From Methanobacteriota archaeon (lineage in GTDB: Archaea > Thermoplasmatota > Poseidoniia > Poseidoniales > Thalassarchaeaceae), in assembly GCA_028355015.1 (NCBI GenBank), contig JAOMRN010000003.1:151740-215739 (forward strand): a stretch of 64,000 nt of DNA, in the 5' to 3' direction. Both the position numbers and the translations under genes were made by a program. This document shows, piece after piece, positions 56,301 to 62,665 of the stretch (positions are counted from its first letter, which is position 1; the number at the start of each line of letters is the position of its first letter). The notes under the pieces are model-generated. The model was not told where the DNA came from, ran no database searches, and saw only the letters and a list, made by a program, of their open reading frames with translations.

Positions 56301-59271
56301 TTCCATAATTGATCGTCAAGGAAATACATTAGCACCCAGCTTAATTTTCAAAATCGACGGACTTGACGACACATTTACAGTAATTAGTAGTTCGGTTGAA
56401 ATCGATGGTTCTTGGTCTGCGAATATCAGATTAGACTTGACATTCCCTCGAGGTTCTCATAACATTACTGCTACCTTCACTCCTAATGTCAATTATTATG
56501 AATCTAGTTCTGGAGATGGTTTCTTTGATAGTCGAGGCTATTCACTACTGACAATCCTCAGTCCTCTAGATTTAGACCCTGATAGTCGAGTAGTTCGTGG
56601 TCAAGAAATTAATATTTCATTATCTCTTATTGATAATTCGGCATTACCAGTCAGTTTAGTAGATTTAGATGTTATAGTAGATGGCTTAGTAGTGTCTAGT
56701 CTCATTACAGATTCCTTGGGATTGGCAAATACTTCTTTGATAGTTGATTCCACAAGAATAGCAGGTCCCATGGAAATCAGAGTAGTATTCTCAGGTATTG
56801 AAGGAAGTACTGGTCTTGTAGGTGATGAATCAATTACGAGAGTCATAGTTCTTGCACCAACGGTTATTGAAATAACAGGAGTTACAGGTTCTGCTATAGC
56901 GGGTGAAACAGTAACTTTCCATGGTACTTTACTCGACGAACATGGACAATCATTACTTGATCAGGGAATTGAAACTGGTGGTATAATTCATTTGACTATT
57001 GATGGAATTGATGTAGGTGCAATGTACTCTACTCAAAGTAATTATTCAACTGGAGAATGGTCGATAACTTATGATCTTCCTTTAGATACTGATTATGGTG
57101 CACATTCAATTCAAGCGGATTTCTTTGGTGGGTTTACTTGGGTTGATCCGATGGGACAAGGGGATTCGTTGAATCCCGAATACTATCTTCCTTCCATGTC
57201 TAATTCGATTTTTAATGTCACACAAACATCGCAAGTAGTTCTTACAACTCCTCCTGGTGAGATAGATCGAAACCAGTTGTTAACGATAGAAGGTATGCTA
57301 ACTGATGGTGCTGGAAGGACACTTCCAGGTAGAGCGCTTTCAGTCTACATGAATGACCAACTATTAACCGGACTTAATGTTGATGAAAATGGTAACTTCA
57401 GTCTATTTATTCCAGTTCCTTCAGATATGCCCCTTGGTCCAAGAATTGTAAAAATTATTTTTGAAGGAGAAGAATTTATTCTTTCTTCTAATTCTTCATC
57501 GGTGTTTATTGTATTTGCACCTACTGAGGTTTCAATATCTCCTCCCAATGCTGCTGCGGTAGGTGATAATTTAATTCTAAGAGGTACAGTAACTGACAAC
57601 TTACCGAATGGAGTACTAGCTAATCATTCACTTGAAATTTTTATTGATGGGGTATTGATAGGAATTACTACAAGTGATGAAAATGGTGATTGGAACCTTA
57701 ATTGGATGGTTTCTGAATTCTTAGATGTTGGTACTCACTTAGTGACAGTGAAGGCGCCTCAACAAGGATATTACCGTGAAGGAACTTCAGAAGTAAATTT
57801 GACAATAGCCTATCATTCTGGGATTTCACTTCAAGTAGATTCCAGTATTGTAACAAGGGGCGGTCAGTGGAACTTTACTGGTCGACTTTATGATGCGGAT
57901 TCTGATGGTTTACCTGGCCTAGATAATCGTGAGGTAATTATTTATCTTGACGGCCAAGAAATTGGACGGACAATAACTCTGGAAAATGGTTTCTATTCAT
58001 TCAATCATGAATTAGGTTACTCAATTGATAGAGGGGAACATGAGATATTAGTTGAATTCATAGGGGAAACATATTACCTTCCGATAGAATATAACATGAG
58101 TGTTTACGCTAGATCCGACATTAATCTTGAGATTCTCTGGATTTCAGAAACAATAATTCGAAGTGATGTTGAACACCCGATTAAGATTGAAGGAAGAATT
58201 TTAGAAATAGGCGGGGGAGGAAGCGTATTACAAGATATGGTTCTGACTTTGCATTGGCTTTCTAACGGTCCTGAAAATGCGAATCTAGAATGGGATGAAG
58301 CTACAGGGCATTTCAGAATACAATCTAATGCTCATTACCCTATGCCTCCTGGCCCTATTGATTTAGAAATAAGAGTTGAATCTGATTCTTCCAGATATCT
58401 AAATGGTGGTTCAGAAGACTTATCGGTTTCTATAATGGTCCCAGTTAATTTCAAATTCACTCCTGATAAGATTAAATTGGGTAAAGATGATCGAATAATC
58501 AGAGGCACTGTAAACGTCACTTCTACTGATTCATTTGAACCCGTTTCTAATATTTCCATGACTGCTTCTCTGATTAATGCATCATCTGGTCAAACTCACT
58601 TCAGAGTTACAGAAATGACTGACCAAGATGGCCTGTTTACTTATGAGTTCAAATCCATAGAAGGTCTGCCTACATTATGGAATCAAGACTTTTGGGGCGA
58701 ATTAAGTATTACTTTTAGCACCGATTCTTTGTTCATAGATCCGTCCAATAGAACTTGGTTAACAACTCAGCATGGAGGCATAGATATTGAATACGAACAA
58801 ACAGCAGAATCCTCGATATTCCAATCTTTATTCGTTGTAATATTATTTGTAATTGTAATTGTAGGTCTAGCAGGCAGTGCGTTATATTATCAACGCCGTA
58901 GAAGTGCTGCAATAGATGAATTAGCAGGGATATTTAGTTACACTGCTGAGCTTCTTGCTGCAGGAGACGAATTTAGGGAGGCAATATACAACTGCTATGA
59001 GAGTCTTTGTCAAATTTTAATGCGTAGAGGATTTTTACGTCGAGACTTTGAAACTGTCAGAGAATTCGAAATAGCTATTCGTTCTGCATTGCCAATTAGT
59101 GAACAATCATTAATTGCTTTAGATAGAATATTCGAAGAGGCTCGTTATTCTAGTCATGTATTAGGCGAGGGACATCGTCAAAACGCACAAATAGCTCTAA
59201 ATGCCGTATTACAAGAGATAGATCAATTACAAGAAATCCCTGTTAGAGATGATTATATTGCTTCAGAATAA
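50305..59271 (+). CDS. giant (2988 aa) surface protein: TSP3-like Ca-binding repeats, transglutaminase-like core, tandem beta-sandwich modules, TM helix and DUF4129-like tail
   Basis: Uninterrupted 8.97-kb ORF. Start is TTG 50305 or TTG 50320, the latter preceded by GGAGAGGAG. N-terminal anchor RKRRSAILFTSIMLLASYSAIEF. See sub-features and findings. Confidence 0.9.
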   Translation: MERSSLRVVSVNFTDRILLRKRRSAILFTSIMLLASYSAIEFGSWEALATSDDDGDGLTYGLEFIINTQPQDWDSDNDGLPDGWEWQYGLDPLSPSGINGSVGDPDSDAYTNLNEYLYGMPTGWDDLSTANVLDNGVWWNGTVPVRNWDEESAMQFSQGTGSDGADEDPVGNICFNTFDDDKDGLVDNFDPDGDGDADCSSDDDDGDGQIDEDPDGWDTDGDGMPDGWEVANGLDPTSASNLDGTYGDPDGDGLINLYEYVNPTWGTRNGSTTPPTQYFRPGPENMTATESPCNPVLGLGPGGCAIFTAEVDSITQTDPQNNDTDGDGLNDSYEALILLTDPTAIDTDGDGVNDGVEVNGAYGDPAQASDPRNNNTDGDQFDDGEEDINGNGIVDANETDPTRVEDQGDFDGDGIDNWEENLTCTKWDVADTDGGGVNDGDESAIGHQTDPCVSEIIIVKSVVNWNPASSTIQLNSSLDLDLSPSDWREELSPNAGLKPMAYFELSNGSTVGFRYSSVNLDTLTDVDVPMPATTVAILFSNNSWCWDTSVPLSEPHCDDDFLDSDGDGLADWEEILATWGYATDPSLFDTDGDGVDDLTEIFNETDPTNPCSNLLDTDEDGLNNYFENSTGCDLIFGFGGNGTTDTYFTLWDDADTDDGGVTDGQEYLDGTNPQNNSADDLNPMDSDGDGIPDTIEQAIGLDWLNPDTDGGGVPDGQECGPDFWILNCVGSDSDPFDPADDIDANMLMFTATNSTSVDLGLLRYWRWHTYDTYTGISFGVNTSLVGYRPVGDSNENGFTQGVSHISFWNDSELDDWVIEYMDSGIQPGDELIVPYNTVNWTSWSDFSAGLNFSNYTRDVLVDQATVDSVFISSPDIFFGPEIRENTTIFFGSDYAKDLPQSYIDRHSSVPNSITQAVLSDSGAFSAWEKVEAIQDFLINGNNTTTFLRNNDPAILDGFESESDGDITYVILNNTNEGSCDQFATVFAVMLRHAGFASRKVTGFSGGEWNGKSYEVYGSDFTTWVEVQMQTNQNQGNVTLGWVPFEACPPQALVEVTDEQWGPSTFDRDLTSGDIWLNGTLQFVDNATLAENVSITLYLVPGNDTNLVPGSAAKPMHLVANGSTDANGSFSLLGKPFDAINPGYGALVLQIFEKAYVGSQGISFDWRLNITDDANTSFSSPPPIEQPMLGVGVNSSVSGYLNLENSPYPDVSQIDSLQVVLNYTTVSDGPVSMISNIGTGGYYDFNIPISDTEPLGLINASISFLGWHEDDLNNATNPSYHIRPYSDSFMFNITPAPNLTLTLEGIDANNTFLDIDSPIFINGTALSIGNTPEELNGTLFLQIRRSSTNGPYQTIKSWYLNDSNWTTSPGQFNISWIFSASDVPIPAGPVEVKFQFDAEGLFANDQVSYLTEYGIRSNISVSYDLVPQSRGNQASVEITLTDHTNTSLGNFIGSYVLDFNGTSVWNITDPDIPKITPVWVPEATAPAGDYSWVLNFSGSTWLNPFTIVDVVRIQGQSGSTVNIGSEWTPRGTSNWVTGFAQDRNLQTPVIGNNSSVSVQILVPSDLPPLPDGSPPPDVSIRLGGGFIDTLTGEYNISFFMPEYVSSGVYELRVFLDYAVNAPVGGEYYKVSDADSISVGIQTEMIVENSPSSLIVVAGQSLILNATITDIADGSPIPDISADLIFDSGGPLEQTLETNITFTDGIVRYNPIIPANTPPGYYNLLVSAPDDISDNLTADNAGRWLGNESLSNLTVQVSSLIDLNPLSTEVAAGSVFTVSGQVLDAVDSNRTVDGPMAVEVFFLNDPSETLITNFVTTINGSFNITVPTDPLGDGVSSGIKTVVVSVIEDSSPFYLTGTGNDTILVRGITTFRDKTPLLNVVVDRGTNVTLGARLVESSNDDLALEGLDVSAEFHDTWLNEVTSNSQGLVNFTFFIPNDHPLGQIDVLMYFNGSSTLYNTLTLISTITVRSPTFITVDNITDNPAAGESFNVTGTLTSNNGSSIIDRQGNTLAPSLIFKIDGLDDTFTVISSSVEIDGSWSANIRLDLTFPRGSHNITATFTPNVNYYESSSGDGFFDSRGYSLLTILSPLDLDPDSRVVRGQEINISLSLIDNSALPVSLVDLDVIVDGLVVSSLITDSLGLANTSLIVDSTRIAGPMEIRVVFSGIEGSTGLVGDESITRVIVLAPTVIEITGVTGSAIAGETVTFHGTLLDEHGQSLLDQGIETGGIIHLTIDGIDVGAMYSTQSNYSTGEWSITYDLPLDTDYGAHSIQADFFGGFTWVDPMGQGDSLNPEYYLPSMSNSIFNVTQTSQVVLTTPPGEIDRNQLLTIEGMLTDGAGRTLPGRALSVYMNDQLLTGLNVDENGNFSLFIPVPSDMPLGPRIVKIIFEGEEFILSSNSSSVFIVFAPTEVSISPPNAAAVGDNLILRGTVTDNLPNGVLANHSLEIFIDGVLIGITTSDENGDWNLNWMVSEFLDVGTHLVTVKAPQQGYYREGTSEVNLTIAYHSGISLQVDSSIVTRGGQWNFTGRLYDADSDGLPGLDNREVIIYLDGQEIGRTITLENGFYSFNHELGYSIDRGEHEILVEFIGETYYLPIEYNMSVYARSDINLEILWISETIIRSDVEHPIKIEGRILEIGGGGSVLQDMVLTLHWLSNGPENANLEWDEATGHFRIQSNAHYPMPPGPIDLEIRVESDSSRYLNGGSEDLSVSIMVPVNFKFTPDKIKLGKDDRIIRGTVNVTSTDSFEPVSNISMTASLINASSGQTHFRVTEMTDQDGLFTYEFKSIEGLPTLWNQDFWGELSITFSTDSLFIDPSNRTWLTTQHGGIDIEYEQTAESSIFQSLFVVILFVIVIVGLAGSALYYQRRRSAAIDELAGIFSYTAELLAAGDEFREAIYNCYESLCQILMRRGFLRRDFETVREFEIAIRSALPISEQSLIALDRIFEEARYSSHVLGEGHRQNAQIALNAVLQEIDQLQEIPVRDDYIASE
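50458..52458 (+). repeat. about 20 thrombospondin-type-3-like acidic Ca-binding repeats (DxDxDGxxDxxE), in two blocks
   Basis: Examples are DSDNDGLPDGWE, DTDGDGMPDGWE, DTDGDGVNDGVE, DSDGDGLADWEE and DTDGGGVPDGQE. The blocks are 50458-51660 and 51985-52458. Confidence 0.8.
53080..53470 (+). other. transglutaminase-like core region within the giant protein
   Basis: EGSCDQFATVFAVMLRHAGFASRKVTGF...SDFTTWVEV...GWVPFEACP matches the G-C-x-x-F-A...R-x-x-G-I-P-A-R...H-x-W-x-E...D pattern, except at the His and Asp positions. Confidence 0.6.
53540..58790 (+). repeat. about 15 tandem divergent ~100-aa beta-sandwich modules (carboxypeptidase-regulatory/Cna-B/Ig-like)
   Basis: Recurring pattern of strand-G-x-x-hydrophobic-x-hydrophobic-x-G-x-hydrophobic-x-D...G-x-P-L/I...D-G...T-D-x-N-G-x-F/W...G-x-H/Y-x-hydrophobic. 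Examples are TDENGDWNLNW, VDENGNFSLFIPVP and TDANGSFSLLG. Confidence 0.6.
58815..59271 (+). other. TM helix plus DUF4129-like cytoplasmic tail of the giant protein
   Basis: TM helix is LFVVILFVIVIVGLAGSALYY, followed by QRRR. Downstream, ETVREFEIAIRSALP...LDRIFEEARYSSHVL resembles the DUF4129 signature. Confidence 0.55.
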
Positions 59272-59275
59272 TTAA

Positions 59276-59752
59276 TCACATGAATGATAGTTCTATTATA
59301 CCATTATTCCAAGTTATTTTTTCTATCTCTTTGTTAGGTGGTAGCCTAAAAGTTCTAAGAAGGCCACCAAAAATTTCTGAAGAAATTATTTGTACGATTT
59401 GTGTATCTTCCTCGTATCTAGTTTGAAGGATTAAGTCACTCGGAGTCTCAGAGGGGAATGGTAAATTTATACCCAAATCAGTTTTTAATCCTCCAAATTC
59501 TGTCAAAATTTCATCAATAGTATCTAGGTCTCTTATTTTCATTTTTGTTTCTTCTAAATCTGTAGTCATACTTGAAACAATTTTTTCATGCTTTTTCTGC
59601 ACTTCTGCTAGGTGGTTTAGGTTTAGTAAAAAATTTCTATGCATATCTTGTGCATTAGAATTAAGACTATTTTCTGACGAATCTAAGGATATCCCTAGTA
59701 TTTTTTTATTTTCCGAGAGTTGTATCTCATGACGTCGCCACACATGGTCCAT
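59276..59752 (-). CDS. hypothetical protein with a weak Hsp20/alpha-crystallin-like C-terminus
   Basis: C-terminal FGGLLRTFRLPPNKEIEKITWNNGIIELSF resembles the ACD end pattern G-x-F-x-R-x-F-x-L-P...nGvL. The N-terminal half looks like coiled coil. Confidence 0.3.
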   Translation of the reverse strand: MDHVWRRHEIQLSENKKILGISLDSSENSLNSNAQDMHRNFLLNLNHLAEVQKKHEKIVSSMTTDLEETKMKIRDLDTIDEILTEFGGLKTDLGINLPFPSETPSDLILQTRYEEDTQIVQIISSEIFGGLLRTFRLPPNKEIEKITWNNGIIELSFM

Positions 59753-59792
59753 GTTGTTTCGAACATCTTACCTCAGATGAACCCGACGCTTC

Positions 59793-61820
59793 TTATCTCT
59801 CAATAGCAGGTTCTGGATGCCTTTTGAAGAAATTTTTAGTAAGTCTCCCTGTTCTATTTTCGTCGGGTGACTGAATAATATCTATTTTTTTAGGTAAGCA
59901 ATTCCGAAACTGTCTCATCATAATCCTTTTTTCTAATAATATTACTATGGCTCTGTCTCCTGATTTTCGGATAGGTCTCCCTATAGCCTGCATTATACTG
60001 TTTATCGCTGGCTGTGTGCTTGTATATCTCCACGCTTTGTTATTTCCAAAACGCTCAACATAGTACTCTTTCAAAGCATTTTGCCGTGCGCTAGGAGGGG
60101 CTAAAGGTAATCCTAAACAGATTACAGCATCAAGAATATTATTTGGGTAATCTACACCCTCAGCAAATTTACCGCTCAAAACTCCAGCAAGTAAAACTTG
60201 TCTTTTATTTGTTCTATATTCATGTAATTCATCTAATGTTTTTGTAATTTTTCTTTTTGGCATTCTATTTTCTTCTTCTCTAATTTCAATAAAACCGGGT
60301 AACCAGGTGGCGTCTCCGAGTATATCTTGTAGCATTGCATAACTTGGTGCGAAAAATGCGATATGTCCAGAGGTATTATTGACGACCGATAAAATATGTT
60401 TTCTTATTCTCTCAGTATTTTGAGGAGTTCTTTCAGTATATTTTGTAGTGACGTCTTTGGCTACTAAAACAGGTCTCTTATCCCCCAAAAATGATGACTC
60501 ATATTCGTTCATAATAATTTTCTTCCCCTTAGGTATACGTAATAGATCTGCATACATCTCAGGAGGGAATAACGTCCCTGACATTAGTATGGCCCCGTTT
60601 GTCTCGTTCAGTATTGGTCCTCCCACTACTCCTGGGTCTAACAGAAAACTCCTCACTCTTCCTTCATCGCTGAGTAAATCAAAAACTAATACTAATGCTG
60701 AATTATTTAAATATTCTAATATTATTGATAGCATATCTGCCAATCTAGTACTAGCGGTCTCTTTTTCATCATCGTCCTCATCTTGATCTACTTCTACTTT
60801 GTACAACTGTTGTATCATTTTTTTCAATATGGTGTAATTATTATCTATTTTAACCTCAATATCCTCATTTAATATTGAATCAATCTCTCCAATGAATTCA
60901 GTTGTTGAAATCTTCATATCATTTTTCCCAGTAGATACTAATTCTCCTTGCTTTTTCTTATACCAAATATTCATTTGTTTTTCCATTTTCTTCATTTGCC
61001 TAAGTGCATCTTGTATGTTTTTTAATTCGAAATTATCTTGAATTTCTGAAATATCTAGTTTTCTCATTATACTTTCTTTAGTTCCTAAGAACTCATCAAG
61101 TTCTAATCTAGCATCTCTGAATACTTTAACCGTCGCTCTTCTTTCTAAGCCATTACGGATTCTATCTGGTAGATTATGTGCTTCATCAATGATTAGAATA
61201 GTATTTTCAAGATTTATATTCATTGCAGGCAGAGAACGTTCTCTAACATCTTCAACGAATACATGATTATAGTCGCATACTAGTATGTCGCATTCCTTCA
61301 CTGCGGACCTGGCTGCAGCCCAAGGGCAAATCTTTTTCTTATTACTTGATTTTATCACCTCGTCTACATGTTTAGGACTTCTTAGAATGTATTCTTTCAT
61401 GTCATCTCTTCTTGATTGTCTAGTTCCCTCCACAATTCCTTCTTCACATGAGCACTTTGACGTCATTCGATCTACATTTTCACACATAGATTCTCTACCA
61501 ATAATATCAACAACTTTCACACTAGGTATTTCCCTATCTAATCTAGAATTGATATCTTTCACAGTTTCAATTACAATCTTATGTTGAGATTGCCTTCCCG
61601 TCAAAAATAATATATGTTGGTGATTTATATTGCTCCTTGCAATTTCTAATGCTGCTGCTAAAGATGCAGCAGTTTTTCCTATTCCAGTAGGTGCTGCAGC
61701 TAACAGGAAGCCTTGATGGTCGAGTGCATTTATTCCATCAGTCACCATCTTTTCCTGTGCAGGCCTCAACTTTTCGTGAGCAATAAATTTGCCGACTTCA
61801 GAATGGACCCCACCCGTCAT
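59793..61820 (-). CDS. xpd: XPD/Rad3-family 5'-3' DNA helicase (FeS domain)
   Basis: AAPTGIGKTAA, four-Cys cluster region (CENVDRMTSKCSCEEG...CPWAAARS), DEAHNL, MSGTL, GKFAEGVDY and QAIGRPIR. Confidence 0.85.
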   Translation of the reverse strand: MTGGVHSEVGKFIAHEKLRPAQEKMVTDGINALDHQGFLLAAAPTGIGKTAASLAAALEIARSNINHQHILFLTGRQSQHKIVIETVKDINSRLDREIPSVKVVDIIGRESMCENVDRMTSKCSCEEGIVEGTRQSRRDDMKEYILRSPKHVDEVIKSSNKKKICPWAAARSAVKECDILVCDYNHVFVEDVRERSLPAMNINLENTILIIDEAHNLPDRIRNGLERRATVKVFRDARLELDEFLGTKESIMRKLDISEIQDNFELKNIQDALRQMKKMEKQMNIWYKKKQGELVSTGKNDMKISTTEFIGEIDSILNEDIEVKIDNNYTILKKMIQQLYKVEVDQDEDDDEKETASTRLADMLSIILEYLNNSALVLVFDLLSDEGRVRSFLLDPGVVGGPILNETNGAILMSGTLFPPEMYADLLRIPKGKKIIMNEYESSFLGDKRPVLVAKDVTTKYTERTPQNTERIRKHILSVVNNTSGHIAFFAPSYAMLQDILGDATWLPGFIEIREEENRMPKRKITKTLDELHEYRTNKRQVLLAGVLSGKFAEGVDYPNNILDAVICLGLPLAPPSARQNALKEYYVERFGNNKAWRYTSTQPAINSIMQAIGRPIRKSGDRAIVILLEKRIMMRQFRNCLPKKIDIIQSPDENRTGRLTKNFFKRHPEPAIER

Positions 61821-61909
61821 GGAATTAGACCTGAGAATAGAACGACCAAGAAGATTGGCCTTGAGGGGTGCTCCGTATGAATGATACGGAGCGGTGTGTG
61901 TTTAGAGTA

Positions 61910-62119
61910 TCAGAGTAATTTTTCTCTATCTGTGACGCGATATTTCCCACGTTTTTCACGTGGAACCTCTCTTGCGTCATATCCTACTGCATTGCTTAGT
62001 TTTGCTCTACTACGGACTCCGGAGAACCCAATTATTATCTTAGATTTTGTAGATTGCACTTGGGTGAGGGGGCGTTTTTCCTGCCCCCCCACGTTTTTGT
62101 GCATCCCATCCTCGCTCAT
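61910..62119 (-). CDS. small basic hypothetical protein (69 aa)
   Basis: ATG at 62119 preceded by AGAGGTGAGAG. Starts 4 nt after the RHH gene stop. The track's longer form (to 62170) overlaps the RHH gene. Confidence 0.45.
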   Translation of the reverse strand: MSEDGMHKNVGGQEKRPLTQVQSTKSKIIIGFSGVRSRAKLSNAVGYDAREVPREKRGKYRVTDREKLL

Positions 62120-62123
62120 TCTC

Positions 62124-62495
62124 TCACCTCTGAGCGTTCGAATCATCATCAAATCGCGCACTAAGTTCATCCATGCGCTTTTGTAAAAGTCTAGTGACTG
62201 ACATACCCTCTATTGATTCTCGACGAATGTAGTCTCGGGCAGCGAATTTCAGTATAGTTTCAGGGCTTTCTGCATGTATTTTGCAAAAATCCCTCATTAA
62301 AATTGTTAATTCTGGTCCTAAATTAACTTGGACCTTTTCTCCATGTCCAATCAAGGGTAGTTCTAGTAATCGGCGTACTGCATCTCTAATCACGTCAGAT
62401 CGATTTCTCATTCCATCGAACCCAACTCTCTGATCGAGAGCTAGTAAGTGGTCCTCTGGAATCCTAAGCGAAACCATGGGGCTGTGACCTGACAT
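62124..62495 (-). CDS. ribbon-helix-helix (CopG/Arc-type) DNA-binding protein, apparently tandem RHH
   Basis: MVSLRIPEDHLLALDQRV...RSDVIRDAVRRLL forms the first RHH. KVQVNLGPELTILMRDFCKIH...ILKFAARDYIRRE forms the second RHH-like unit. Confidence 0.65.
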   Translation of the reverse strand: MSGHSPMVSLRIPEDHLLALDQRVGFDGMRNRSDVIRDAVRRLLELPLIGHGEKVQVNLGPELTILMRDFCKIHAESPETILKFAARDYIRRESIEGMSVTRLLQKRMDELSARFDDDSNAQR

Positions 62496-62531
62496 ACTTG
62501 TGCCTCAGGCTAAGCAGAGAGCGTCAGGCAC
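62484..62531. promoter_or_regulatory. three copies of a GTG(A)CCTGAC-like motif around the RHH start codon (two direct, one inverted)
   Basis: gtgacctgac at 62484-62493, gtgcctcagg at 62500-62509, and cgtcaggcac at 62522-62531 (reverse complement gtgcctgacg). Confidence 0.4.
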
Positions 62532-62533
62532 AT

Positions 62534-62590
62534 AAAGGTAATGCAAATGAAATGCAATTGAAATACAAAAATTACCTTTTGTTTTTTTTT
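62534..62590 (+). terminator. perfect 9-bp hairpin (aaaggtaat / attaccttt, 28-nt loop) followed by T-G-T9
   Basis: Read directly from the sequence. The loop holds the tandem 11-mers atgcaaatgaa / atgcaattgaa. No plus-strand gene ends nearby. Confidence 0.4.
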
Positions 62591-62665
62591 ATTAATTTGA
62601 ATTTATGATCAATCAATAGAGCGATTCAATACCTTCCATCTATTCGAAGTGTATGAGGTAGAGTC

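Noticed and set aside
62137-62143. ttcgaat match to the tRNA-Leu T-loop as a possible att-site remnant
   Set aside because: Only 7 nt match, and part of that is the palindromic ttcgaa, so this is well within chance. No integrase or longer repeat was found.
61881-62186. 101-aa plus-strand ORF
   Set aside because: It is antisense to the RBS-supported 69-aa ORF and to the RHH gene end. It is hydrophobic and low in complexity with no start context.
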